A stretch of 64,000 nt of DNA, taken from IMG/VR virus record IMGVR_UViG_3300035002_000022, positions 6,192 through 70,191 of that record; one strand, written 5' to 3'. Shown here piece after piece: positions 34,301 through 43,574 of the stretch. How positions within the stretch are numbered: the stretch's first letter is position 1; every line of letters starts with the position of its first letter. The DNA comes from a virus. Both the position numbers and the translations under genes were made by a program. The notes under the pieces are model-generated. The model was not told the origin of the DNA and did no database searches. It saw only the letters and a program-made list of their open reading frames with translations.

Positions 34301-37300
34301 TCTTGGCTAGCGCCAAGCTTTTGCTCTACCCCTTGCGTGTCAAGTTGCGCTGTTTTTTGCTGCGCCTGTTCTGAATTCAAACCACCAGTTAATTGTTGTT
34401 TTAGTACATCCGATTTACTGCCTGACACTGATGCATCGATCGCTTTTTGTGCGTCTTGGGCTTTAGCGGTGGCAAGATTCCATTTATCAGCAAAATTAGC
34501 GGCTAAAACTGCCGCCTCAGACAGTTTGCGGTTGTACTGTGTTTGGACGCTTTGAGCCTTTTCCAGTAGTTTGATCGTAGCTTCGTATTCTTCTGTGGGT
34601 AAGCCTAGTTCTTTAGCTTGTTTGACAGACTCTCTAAAATTCTTCAGCGCCGAGTCAATTTGGGCTGATTGCTCCAAAATGGGTGAAGCTTGCTTGTCTC
34701 GCTGCTCTGATAATGCTTGCCGCTGCTGGCGCAACACTTCTAGCTGATTCTTGTCAGCATTGGGCTGCATCTGTAATTTTTGGCGTTGCATGTCGATCGC
34801 TTTCATTTGATCGTCAAGCGCTTTTACTTTGGCGATTTGAGCATTCATGCCACTAGCGTCAAAGGCTTTAGCAGCCACGTCCTGAGCAGCTAACGCTTGA
34901 TCACCTAAAGATACTTGCTGATCGAACTGTTTTGATTCTGCCAGCGTGGTCATTCGCCCTAGACCAGTAAGCCCCATCTTTTCAACTAAGTTGTTGCGAA
35001 TTTTAATCGCATCATCTGTTTTGAACGACTTACCGAACATCCCACCCAATCCAAGCGTTAAGTCAAAGCCTTGCGAAGGCAAATCTTTTTTGTCGTTACC
35101 GATCCCAGCGACTTCACCTCTAGCGGCTTTTGCCGCTTCCTCTATGCGCTTCAGCCCGCTAACTGCCTCGTCTGTAAACTTGTTAAACTGTTTGGTGTTT
35201 TCATCAGGGGTGAACTGCCGCATCAGAGACTGCACAGACTCGATCGCGGCTGAAAAAAGCAGAAATTTAGCCGCGATCATGACTGATTGTTCAATCATTC
35301 GGGCTGTTGTGGCATTAAAGATTACGCCAAGTGACGCAACAGCCGTGCTACCAGTGATCGCCGCTGTTGCCATTCCAGTCAGTCGGACAATCAGATTGCC
35401 GCCAATATAAGCAGCAGTTATAGCAATGATTGATCCCAACTTTTCCATCGCTCCTGCCAGTAAATCGACAGCAATCGTAGCAGTATCTAATCCCGCTTTT
35501 TGAGCTGGCTGAATAACCAAACCAAAAGCTTCCTGAGCACGTTGATTGGCAGCATTGAAGCGATTTTCGGAAGATTGGACATTTTGAGAAGCTGTTTTTG
35601 CAGAAGCACCATAAGCAATCTGTAGCTGTCGCCCAAATTTAGGGATAAATTCTTCTGCTGATAACTGACCTGATTCAGTAAGTTTTGCTAATTCTTTTTC
35701 AGTGATCCCCATAGCGTCAGCAGCCGTTTTCATCACGCCTGTCAAGCCTGCGTCTCCTAGCTGTCCTTTTAATTCCTCCATCTGGACGGAACCCTTAGAA
35801 GCCATGTCACTTAGCGCTTTCATGACTTGCGCCGTTTGTTCGCTAGTTAGCCCTAAAACTGTTGCAGCTTGAGAAACACCCGTAATTGTTTCTTTGACAG
35901 CAAAACCTTCTGCCGCTGTGCCCTTGGTTGAAGCTGCCAGATTCTTGAAACCCTGCCTAGTTGATTCAAGTGGGATGCCTAAATCATCAACAGTCTTGTC
36001 GACAAACTTAAAGTCTACTCCTGCCTGTGCAGCGCTACCACTGGCAAAATCTAGCGCTGTCTTGAAATTATTCAAATTACGGGCGGCAACCAAAGATTGA
36101 TCAACGATTGGCTTGAAAATATTGACAGCGGCTATGGTTAGACCAATTGCTCCTACGCCTTTCACAATCAATCCAAAATTACCAAGAATGCCTTTGACAG
36201 CCCTATCAGCAAACCCTGGCAACTTGGACAAAATACCTGGAATCGTATCGATTGCAGACTCAACAATCTTTGGTATAAAAATACCTAGTTGCTGCAACCC
36301 TTGTTTAAATGATTCAACGTAGCTAACGGCATTCTCTAAAGCCTCAGCCTTCAGGCTGCCTGTTGCTTGAGGCGATCGCGCTACTGACACCTGACTACCA
36401 AGACCGCCGAGTGCTGATTCTTTGAGCGCTCCAAACGCATTACCGATCGCGCCTAGTGGATTACCAATGGCGTTACCAACCGACTGTTTCGCCTGAAGTG
36501 CTTTGACAAAGAAGTCAACCATCCGCTGATTCGGCTGCGCTTCCTGGATAGGCTGTGGCAGCGCTTCACCACTACGCACGCGAGTCGCAACATTGCTGAA
36601 GACTTTCGGTGCTTGCGTCTCAAACGCATAAGCGTCAGCTTCGGTCCGGGCGATCGTGCGTTGGAAATTCTGAGGCAGCAATCCGCCTGCCTGCTGATTG
36701 GCTACTTGAGCCGATCGCATGGCGTTGTACTGCATCGATCGCGGTAGCTCCTGGATCGGTGCCAAGGCTACGCCAGGTTGAGCAAAGCCTAGCGATTGCT
36801 TAGCAATGCTGGAACGCCCAAAGTCAAACTGGAAGGCATGACGGGATTCGTGGACAACATCCTTAATTGCTTCTTGCTGTTTCTCAATCTGATCCACCGT
36901 GCCGCTGAGCATCGCAGCGACTTCTTTGGTGATGATGATCTGATTATTTTTGATGTTGTACAGTGCCCTAGCACCAATGGCTTGCAGCTTGGCATCATCG
37001 ACTACCAGTTTAGGCAAATCACCGGGCTTGATTGTGACCTTAGAAAGTTTTGCCGCTTCCTGTACTAGCAATTGATAGGTTTGATCAGTCGTTAACTTAA
37101 GCTGTTGAGGCAGACGTTCTACTTGCTTCTGCGCTTCTCTTGCTGCTGCCTGCACCTTGGCAGCCATTGAAGGTGGTTGTGCAACGGGCGTAGGCTCTTT
37201 GATATAACGTTCTTCTAGAGCATCCATTGTCTTATTCAGACCTGACGCGATCGCTGCTTTAGCTTTCTCAGTGTCAGCTTTCGCTCGGTTGATCAAACCG

Positions 37301-40300
37301 CCTAACAACCCTTGCTTGGGCTGATCGCCAACTCGTGCTAATTCTGCAACGTCAGGTTCTAAAACTCGCTCTCTAGCATTCACAATACGAGGCACCGTAG
37401 CCATTGCCACAGCAGCACCTTTGAGCGGTATTTTGCCTAGCAGTCCTGCACCGGGCACAACACCATTCAGCGCTGATAGCCCAGCATTAGCCGCCATTGC
37501 TGAAACATTGCCAATGGCAAAACCAGTCAAGTCGCCTGTGAGGTTTGCGCCCATTTCTTTCTGGAACGCCGCACCACGCATCCCGTTTAGCGCTGCTCGT
37601 GCAATCTCCTTAAACTGCCTACCAGTACTAGACTGATAAGCCTTGAACACTTCAGCCGATGCTGCGATCGCCTGACGCGCTACCAATGCCCCGACCAAAT
37701 CGCCTGCAAGACCAGGGACAACGCCAAAGTTATTGCCTAGCTGAGAAGCGGCAAACCCAGCCGTATTCACTGCTAAATCAGTAGCGATCGCTTTTGCTTT
37801 GGGTGTACGCGCCGTCTGCGCCAAATTGCCACGAATGGAACCAACAGGTTCAGCATTAAAGGATTTTGCTAAAGCGCCTGTAGCGTCTCTCAGTGTTTCT
37901 CTAGGCGATCTTGCTAGCCCTTCAACATCGGCTGCGTTAAAGTTGGTTCGCAGTGACTCTAAGCGTCCGCGCGTCCTGCCTGCTTGCAAGCGAGTATCAG
38001 GAGACTGCGAAGCGCGTAGCTTTTCAAGCTCTGCTAAGGTGGCATTGATTTCATTGTTTGCTGCTGCGGCAATCTCTTCACGACGCTTGCCTTGGGCATC
38101 AACAAAAATACGTAGCGAATCATTGATGCGTTTCTCGGCGTCTTTAGTAGCCGCGATCGCCTTTTTCTCTTCAGCCGACTGCGGCAATTTTTTGATCGAC
38201 TGCCCACCCTTCGGACCCGTTTGCACCAAAGGCGCGATCGCATCAAACGCTTCACGCACGGACCGGGCATCGGCTTCTAGTAATTCTTTGACTAGCCTGT
38301 CTTTTGTACCTTTGCCAGCACCACCAGAAAGACTGGAGACTTCCTTGAGTATTTCGGTGTTATAGCCACTAATGATCGAGCGATCGAGCGGTTTCGTTTG
38401 CAGTGGTTGCGCCATCTGTGGGGGAGGGATGGCAGCCGCTTCTACGATCGCCTGCTCACGCTGTCTTGCTTTGAGTGCGGGTGCCGCTTGCTGCTGCGTG
38501 CCGAACGCCTGATACAGCATTGTTTCAGCTTCAGCCAGTTGCTCATCATAGCCAGCAAGTGTCTGATCAAGATTGCCCGTGGCTTGCTCCATCAGCAATT
38601 GCAGCTTTTCACGGTTGATCTTAATTTTGGCAATGACCGTTTTATAGAGTCCTGTTTTCAGGTAAAAGTCAGAACCTTGCATTGCTGCCATGAAATCATT
38701 GGCTGCCGCCTCCATGTCCTGCTCAACCGACTTCATCTCAAACGCCACAGCCGATTTTAATTCGGCAGGAATCTGGCGCTTGATATTGAGTTGCTTGAGG
38801 ATTGCCCCTTGCGTGTCATCAGCACTGAGGTAGCTCGATAGTTTATGCCCCTTACCACCCTCAGCATGAATCTGAGCATCCTTTGCGCCTGACAACCTAG
38901 CGATCTTAGATAATGGGTCACCTTCACCTAAAACCGTTTGAAACTGTTCTTTCGTAGTGCTGGCAGTGCTGCTAAAGCGCGGTGTACCAATACCAACGGC
39001 GCGAACATTATCAACGTTTGCCGCATTGAGTACTTCAGAGGATTCTCTAGCAGTAAAGCCACCTGCTGAATAACCCGCAATGCCGATCGGTAAGTCTGGA
39101 TTTTCCCGACGCACCGCGATCGCCTGCGCTGCTGCCTCAATAGCATCTTTGCTAACTACGAGGTTTTGCATGACGATCTTGTTGATCGCTTCAGCAAAGA
39201 ATCTGAGCTTACCTTCACCCAAATTCACTGATAAATCAGTAGCCTGGTTTTCAACAGGGATAACGGGATTCCGCTCACCCGTCAGCAGTTGCAAGCGTTC
39301 AGCGACAGGAATACTGCTTTTACCTCGTTGCGCCTTATCTTCATTGCCAGCAAAGCCACCAATCCCAAACACTACAGAATCAGCATTGTCGTATTTTGGT
39401 GCTTCAATTTGTTCTGATCTTGCCTGCGCTGTTTTGGCTGCTTCCTTAACTAAGCGCTGCCGCCTGTCTTCAATACCTTCCAGCGGTGTAGCAGCAATAT
39501 CGGCAACCGCTCCAGCAATACCCTGGAGATTGCCGACCTGGACACCCACCCCTTTAAGCCGCAGCAGGTCGTCAATGAGTTTGCCGATCTGGGTTTCAAG
39601 AACACTGAATTTGCGATCGAGCGTTTTGGTATCAATGATTTCATTGAGGAACTCAGTGGCTTGCGCTACTTTAGGCTTTAGCCCTGCCAGACCTTCTTCA
39701 ATGCCTAACCGTTTGACAAAGCGATCGCCTGCAAACTTGCCAGCCTTGCCAAACCCAGCACTAAATTTCTCGCCTAGTTTATCTAGTGATGTGCCTAGCT
39801 CAGCTTCGATATTCTTGATAGAGCCTTCTGTAAACTTGCGGGCATAGGTAGCACCTACGCCTTCCTGAAAGCCTCGAATCGTGTTTTGTAGCCCACCTGT
39901 AATCGGTGCAAACAAACCCGATCGTGCCTGTGCTTTCTTCGTGCCTTCAGTAACTGCCTTAGTTAAATCCTCTTCTAATCCTTTAGTGTCTAGCTCAACC
40001 TTGCGGCTAGTATTTGATGGCGTGTCAGCACTGACTGTGACCTGTAGTGATCGCTCTAGCCGTGCCCTGACTTGCTCAACATTGCTACTGTTGATTGTTA
40101 GCGTAGCTCTCAGGTCAAGCGTGGTAGAAGTAGTCTGACTGATTTCGTGGGCTACCTGTAAGCGATCGACCTTGACACCGATGGCAATTGTAGGCTTTTG
40201 ACTTTCAGTTTGTCTGATCTGATTTTGTAAAACCTTGGCATCAAAAGTAGGAGCAACTTTTAGCGATCGCTCCAAGTCTTTACCCATTGCCGCAGTCTGG

Positions 40301-40380
40301 TTTTTGATACTGGCAAGAGAGCGATCGAAGTTATCTGTCTGTAGCCCCAACTCAAGATAGAGAGATCCAAGTGAGGTCAA
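31357..40380 (-). CDS. tape measure protein with embedded enzyme domains
   Basis: 3007 aa; TTG start after GGAGGTG; tape-measure motif MASKGSVQMEELKGQLGD; long Ala/Gln/Lys helices; position after the chaperone. Confidence 0.9.
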   Translation of the reverse strand: MTSLGSLYLELGLQTDNFDRSLASIKNQTAAMGKDLERSLKVAPTFDAKVLQNQIRQTESQKPTIAIGVKVDRLQVAHEISQTTSTTLDLRATLTINSSNVEQVRARLERSLQVTVSADTPSNTSRKVELDTKGLEEDLTKAVTEGTKKAQARSGLFAPITGGLQNTIRGFQEGVGATYARKFTEGSIKNIEAELGTSLDKLGEKFSAGFGKAGKFAGDRFVKRLGIEEGLAGLKPKVAQATEFLNEIIDTKTLDRKFSVLETQIGKLIDDLLRLKGVGVQVGNLQGIAGAVADIAATPLEGIEDRRQRLVKEAAKTAQARSEQIEAPKYDNADSVVFGIGGFAGNEDKAQRGKSSIPVAERLQLLTGERNPVIPVENQATDLSVNLGEGKLRFFAEAINKIVMQNLVVSKDAIEAAAQAIAVRRENPDLPIGIAGYSAGGFTARESSEVLNAANVDNVRAVGIGTPRFSSTASTTKEQFQTVLGEGDPLSKIARLSGAKDAQIHAEGGKGHKLSSYLSADDTQGAILKQLNIKRQIPAELKSAVAFEMKSVEQDMEAAANDFMAAMQGSDFYLKTGLYKTVIAKIKINREKLQLLMEQATGNLDQTLAGYDEQLAEAETMLYQAFGTQQQAAPALKARQREQAIVEAAAIPPPQMAQPLQTKPLDRSIISGYNTEILKEVSSLSGGAGKGTKDRLVKELLEADARSVREAFDAIAPLVQTGPKGGQSIKKLPQSAEEKKAIAATKDAEKRINDSLRIFVDAQGKRREEIAAAANNEINATLAELEKLRASQSPDTRLQAGRTRGRLESLRTNFNAADVEGLARSPRETLRDATGALAKSFNAEPVGSIRGNLAQTARTPKAKAIATDLAVNTAGFAASQLGNNFGVVPGLAGDLVGALVARQAIAASAEVFKAYQSSTGRQFKEIARAALNGMRGAAFQKEMGANLTGDLTGFAIGNVSAMAANAGLSALNGVVPGAGLLGKIPLKGAAVAMATVPRIVNARERVLEPDVAELARVGDQPKQGLLGGLINRAKADTEKAKAAIASGLNKTMDALEERYIKEPTPVAQPPSMAAKVQAAAREAQKQVERLPQQLKLTTDQTYQLLVQEAAKLSKVTIKPGDLPKLVVDDAKLQAIGARALYNIKNNQIIITKEVAAMLSGTVDQIEKQQEAIKDVVHESRHAFQFDFGRSSIAKQSLGFAQPGVALAPIQELPRSMQYNAMRSAQVANQQAGGLLPQNFQRTIARTEADAYAFETQAPKVFSNVATRVRSGEALPQPIQEAQPNQRMVDFFVKALQAKQSVGNAIGNPLGAIGNAFGALKESALGGLGSQVSVARSPQATGSLKAEALENAVSYVESFKQGLQQLGIFIPKIVESAIDTIPGILSKLPGFADRAVKGILGNFGLIVKGVGAIGLTIAAVNIFKPIVDQSLVAARNLNNFKTALDFASGSAAQAGVDFKFVDKTVDDLGIPLESTRQGFKNLAASTKGTAAEGFAVKETITGVSQAATVLGLTSEQTAQVMKALSDMASKGSVQMEELKGQLGDAGLTGVMKTAADAMGITEKELAKLTESGQLSAEEFIPKFGRQLQIAYGASAKTASQNVQSSENRFNAANQRAQEAFGLVIQPAQKAGLDTATIAVDLLAGAMEKLGSIIAITAAYIGGNLIVRLTGMATAAITGSTAVASLGVIFNATTARMIEQSVMIAAKFLLFSAAIESVQSLMRQFTPDENTKQFNKFTDEAVSGLKRIEEAAKAARGEVAGIGNDKKDLPSQGFDLTLGLGGMFGKSFKTDDAIKIRNNLVEKMGLTGLGRMTTLAESKQFDQQVSLGDQALAAQDVAAKAFDASGMNAQIAKVKALDDQMKAIDMQRQKLQMQPNADKNQLEVLRQQRQALSEQRDKQASPILEQSAQIDSALKNFRESVKQAKELGLPTEEYEATIKLLEKAQSVQTQYNRKLSEAAVLAANFADKWNLATAKAQDAQKAIDASVSGSKSDVLKQQLTGGLNSEQAQQKTAQLDTQGVEQKLGASQDELAKKQQYLQSIDATSTLKAAGIDPNAGAAELKLKAGQASNPQLKKAIESTAEFKDLQDQLPAQQLQVDQSKLQQQQTERQLAANLRQRSDANDAAYATRVELTRNTQLRKDQSAINVKKSRNQYYSDADAGVAEADLGLSQAQSQQQSAGAGLANSGAALSRLREDYKAGKIDQIDFKNQERDLITQVAQARAKSAEAEAQIEEAKGKRIEAINRKRIEQIQKVTAAEASALSRRQALANADFATQRAKLTMQKAKNVFFSDAEAGVADADLGISQAKTQKDLAGQAIVNVEREMQRNKQLYQERRINAKKFHDDELALGDKLTEARARGTEAAASLEESYAKKIEATTRQKIEQINFLNQSAAAAIALAQTQQTTALQGNLLNSPDAGEFSQAQAGRSQTLIEQGTSVATLALNRKAIEDNKALVAEGSRSRKEGILEEQRLNKETADIQLAQAQRQVQMQQQLRDSRIKSLEAVAKLETDQLDRSKQLLESQGALAKAQSDLAIARDTTQLNKIDRLVGLQDRVESDPKMDPRLKALIGKQLNESGASGVNANSKSYEILLARQKIEDSIADKQRGAREKEAELSKKSLEFDIRKQEIAAKLLVIEGQRYKLDADRAKLQAVKDYSTAIKSGDKEGMAIAQMSLAIANNMSKVADIQIQTALEGLANQKEMAQNSRQVLALNQETAREQFEGQDQNRRANNDVSFIEQLIKSGMQGSIPGRAKGGDVQAGKPYVVGEKGQELFIPKVSGEIIDASKTATILSGQNMQGAKQAIQARATGGPVNAGQPYLVGERGAEAFAPSGSGSADGIGQLLAGLGALITLIGVTASGIKKPAQEMSNAAIDTAIRPTISGNGMADTAIRPTIAGNGQLDTAIRPAIAGNGIADTSFRPTVIGAGMNNAPPLGSSGLADKPIPSLGGGAVGGSGGGDVSSKLDQLINVISSAMGRPNLTVSSPSPVNDAAKIYSDISAQQVSNANI

Positions 40381-40399
40381 CTGTCACCTCCGATCAGCT

Positions 40400-41758
40400 A
40401 AAACAACAGGACTCCTGCACTCTAATGAGGTCGAGAGTCGGGAGGAATGCGGATCTGGCGGAGACACGGAGCCGGACAATAATTCACCGGGCATACAGTT
40501 GTACTCCTGTTTCTGATGAGGTAGAATAGGGCTATGAATCAAGTCCTGACTGTCTCCTGCAAGCTCAAGGTATCCGAATCGCAAGCTATAAAACTTGCTG
40601 CGACACTGAACGCTTTTGGGCAGGCGTTGAACTGGGTGAACCAGAACACACCTGAGAAGATAGCCAATGCGGTCAAACTGCAGTCCCTTTGTTATTACGA
40701 AGTCCGCGCTCGTTTTGGTCTGTCGAGTAATTTGGCTCAACAGGTCTGTAGGCGGGTAGCAGGTTCTCGCAAGGTCGCCAAACAAAAGCACCGTCCGGTC
40801 AAGGCGTTCAAGCATAGCTTTGCGACCTACGACGCTCGGATCTTCTCGTTTCGAGAAAAGGACTGGACGGTTTCGCTCACTACTGTTGATGGTCGTGAGC
40901 GGTTTGAGTTGGCAATTGGTAACTACCAACGGGGAATGCTGGCAGACGCTAACCCCAAGTCCGCCACACTGATCAAGCGACAGGATGGTTCTTACTACAT
41001 CCAAATTTGTCTGGAGTCGGAGCCGCCAGAGCCGCAAGACGGTGGCGATATTTTGGGTGTGGATTTGGGGCGCACTGACATTGCTCATACTTCTGAGGGT
41101 CAAACCTGGGAAGGTCAGAGTATCAACAAGGTGCGTGACCACTACACCAACTTGAGAGCGAATCTCCAGCATAAAGCCAGTAAAGGCACACGCAGTACAC
41201 GCCGCCGAGTGCGTGAACTGTTGCAACGGTTGTCTGGTCGTGAGCGTCGTTTTCAAAGCTGGTTGAATCACAACATCTCGAAAAGTCTTGTTCAAACCGC
41301 CAAGTCCAAACAAGCCAGCATCGCGCTGGAAGATTTGACAGGCATTCGTGAGTGCACGAACCAACAACCCCGCAACAAAACCGAGCGCAGACGGTCGAAC
41401 AGTTGGGCATTCAACCAACTGAGACTGTTTATTGACTACAAAGCTTTGGGAGCAGGGGTAAAGGTCATCATGATCAAGCCTGCCTATACCAGCCAAACCT
41501 GCCACCAATGCCTGCACATTCACCCCGTCAAAAGGGAGTCGTACAGGCACGGTAAGCGGTTTAAGTGTGGTCATTGCGGTTGGCATGGTGATGCGGATTT
41601 GAACGGGGCGAAAAACATTCAAAGAATCGGGTTGTCGGTAATACAGCCTGGAGGCTCCTGGTTATCTTGCGAGATCGCTGGCGGGCTACTGAAACTTCCT
41701 GGGCTTTTGGAAAGCCCGCGATGCACTGCCTAAGCGGTCAGCATTGGGAAGACGTTAC
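40400..41758 (+). mobile_element. IS200/IS605-family tnpB-only element (left end uncertain, 40381-40410)
   Basis: Left hairpin CTCCTG..CGGGAG; right end AAAG + hairpin + AGACG-TTAC (ends 41758), matching IS608-type guide/cleavage pairing. Confidence 0.75.
40534..41733 (+). CDS. tnpB: RNA-guided endonuclease TnpB (IS605/IS1341-type)
   Basis: GVDLG, ALEDL, CHQC..CGHC, DADLNGAKNI; TAGAAT -10 upstream. Confidence 0.93.
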   Translation: MNQVLTVSCKLKVSESQAIKLAATLNAFGQALNWVNQNTPEKIANAVKLQSLCYYEVRARFGLSSNLAQQVCRRVAGSRKVAKQKHRPVKAFKHSFATYDARIFSFREKDWTVSLTTVDGRERFELAIGNYQRGMLADANPKSATLIKRQDGSYYIQICLESEPPEPQDGGDILGVDLGRTDIAHTSEGQTWEGQSINKVRDHYTNLRANLQHKASKGTRSTRRRVRELLQRLSGRERRFQSWLNHNISKSLVQTAKSKQASIALEDLTGIRECTNQQPRNKTERRRSNSWAFNQLRLFIDYKALGAGVKVIMIKPAYTSQTCHQCLHIHPVKRESYRHGKRFKCGHCGWHGDADLNGAKNIQRIGLSVIQPGGSWLSCEIAGGLLKLPGLLESPRCTA

Positions 41759-42226
41759 CGATTCCATCTCGCCTAGCAACTCACTAGCAGCACCAATTAC
41801 TTGCACAGGTATCAGCCCTTGAGCCTCTAACCCTAAAAAAATCCGCGCCGTTTCCTTGGACACGCGGCGACGATCGCGTGTCTCGCCAACAGCATCAGGG
41901 AAAGGTAGATATTGAATCCAGGTTGTTTGCACTTCTCTACCTTTACCACCGTTCGCTTTTTTCCAGGCATCCACTAATTGATCAACGCCTGCCCACCCGA
42001 TCGCGTTAGTCTTCGCTGCGATATTCGCGTCTAACTGTCGCTGCTTTTCGTAACGCTCTAGGAACCAAAAGATCAGCCAATCGGGGCAGTTTCCAAAGTT
42101 CTCGTAATTGGCAAGCCGTTCGTCTCTGATTCCGTAGGTGTGGACTCTACCGAAGATGTCATCCCAGTCAATGCAGGCTGATCTGTAGTAGGTTTCAAGA
42201 TTTTGCTTTTGCTCTGAGACTTTCCC
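41738..42226 (-). CDS. -1 frameshift extension (gpGT-like) of the tail assembly chaperone
   Basis: -1 frame read by hand is open from GGGAAAG (42226) through ORF 41738..41974. Confidence 0.8.
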   Translation of the reverse strand, partial: GKVSEQKQNLETYYRSACIDWDDIFGRVHTYGIRDERLANYENFGNCPDWLIFWFLERYEKQRQLDANIAAKTNAIGWAGVDQLVDAWKKANGGKGREVQTTWIQYLPFPDAVGETRDRRRVSKETARIFLGLEAQGLIPVQVIGAASELLGEMESVTSSQC

Positions 42227-43038
42227 TCACGCTTTGGCTCCTCTTCGCTACCTTCTAGCTGTGGCTTATCAGTCAGCGTCTCTAGCTTTGGCTCCACAAA
42301 CTGACCGGACTCACGCAGATAGAAGTTATAGATTGATTGAATCTGTGAGTCGCTACCATCGGCATTCTCTAGCGATAGTTCCTTGGTATGTTCGATCGTC
42401 CAAAATGGATCGCCCATTGCATAGGTCTTGCGATCGCTGTTGAGAAGAAAGCCAGCCGCGCCGACTGGCAAGACTGTATCAATCTGAGCAATGCCGATCG
42501 AACCATCCTCAGCATCGTAAGGTTCAGTGATGGATACCTTTAATTGGTCAAACTTAAACACAGCACCGACGCTGATTTCATACCACGGCTCACGCACGTA
42601 GAGTTTACGGGCTTTACCTTCTACTGGTTCAAGTAGTGTCAAGTCATAGGCAACCCTGAAGCGCATCATCAGTGTGGCTGCTAGCAGTGGCAATTCAGCC
42701 GCTTCAGCCGTCAGCCCAAAATACTCGGTTTTTTGTTCCAGGTTTAGGTAGGAAAGTGGATTGACTTCGATCGCAGTGCCCTTTTCTTTGTCATCAGGAA
42801 AGATGAGCGATCGTGCTTGCTCTGAAGTGATGCCTTGGCGTACCGCTAGGGTTTCGATCGCTTCTAGAATTAACGCATTAATCCGGGCTTGTTTGCGTTG
42901 TTTTTCCTGAATGGAAACAGGTGATGTGTTTGGGTCAATGCTGCCAGTGCTGACAAAGTAGACGATCGCGCCATCGGGCATCGTCACAACAGGTCGGATT
43001 TCTTGTTTGAGTGAGGCAAAGGGTGAACGGCTACGCAT
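42073..43038 (-). CDS. tail assembly chaperone (gpG-like)
   Basis: Between tail tube and tape measure; contains the slippery site. Confidence 0.75.
   Translation of the reverse strand: MRSRSPFASLKQEIRPVVTMPDGAIVYFVSTGSIDPNTSPVSIQEKQRKQARINALILEAIETLAVRQGITSEQARSLIFPDDKEKGTAIEVNPLSYLNLEQKTEYFGLTAEAAELPLLAATLMMRFRVAYDLTLLEPVEGKARKLYVREPWYEISVGAVFKFDQLKVSITEPYDAEDGSIGIAQIDTVLPVGAAGFLLNSDRKTYAMGDPFWTIEHTKELSLENADGSDSQIQSIYNFYLRESGQFVEPKLETLTDKPQLEGSEEEPKREGKSQSKSKILKPTTDQPALTGMTSSVESTPTESETNGLPITRTLETAPIG
42220..42226 (-). other. programmed -1 ribosomal frameshift site G GGA AAG
   Basis: Same heptamer and Gly-Lys codons as the lambda G/GT site. Confidence 0.8.
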
Positions 43039-43099
43039 GGTTTATTCTCAGGAATCAAGAAAGGGCGCGGATTTTAGGGAGACAGCGTGAAGCAGGAAA

Positions 43100-43324
43100 C
43101 TATTTGGTAGCGGGCTTAGCAGGTTCCACGGTTGGCAATACAGGCTCTTCGCCAAACTGTGAGACACCGACTAGCGGAGTGACAGCAGGAACATCACCGG
43201 GCTTGGCTGCCGCTTTGATTTCAATCAAGGACTTTGCCATCGCATCAGGTAGTTCAAACTCGGCACCGGGCTGATGCACAATGCCTTTGTCGTCAGAGCA
43301 AGCGGTAATCGCAACGAGTTTCAT
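43100..43324 (-). CDS. small virion-associated protein
   Basis: PGAEFELPDAMAKSLIEIKAA motif; in the tail operon. Confidence 0.55.
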   Translation of the reverse strand: MKLVAITACSDDKGIVHQPGAEFELPDAMAKSLIEIKAAAKPGDVPAVTPLVGVSQFGEEPVLPTVEPAKPATK

Positions 43325-43572
43325 AGGAGTTTCTCCACGTCGATTTGTAGGTTGTCGTTAGGGCTGCTGAGCAGCGTTGGCGTTTGATTGCGTTGAATCT
43401 GAGGCGCGATTTTGATGATGCAAGTTTTTTGGAACTGTGGGTTGTAGAGCGCGATCGTGGGTGGCAGATTCCCAGCGAAATAAAGCAAACCCGCCAACAC
43501 GCGACGCGCTGATACCTCGCAATTGCAAGCGAAGACCTCGCCATTCTCGGAAGTGAGGTAGTCGTAAACCAT
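43321..43572 (-). CDS. hypothetical protein
   Basis: 83 aa; coupled within the tail operon. Confidence 0.55.
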   Translation of the reverse strand: MVYDYLTSENGEVFACNCEVSARRVLAGLLYFAGNLPPTIALYNPQFQKTCIIKIAPQIQRNQTPTLLSSPNDNLQIDVEKLL

Positions 43573-43574
43573 CG

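Noticed and set aside
31496-40138. Many + strand ORFs opposite the tape measure (and similar shadow ORFs opposite other long genes)
   Set aside because: Antisense shadows with no RBS, operon context or recognisable motifs
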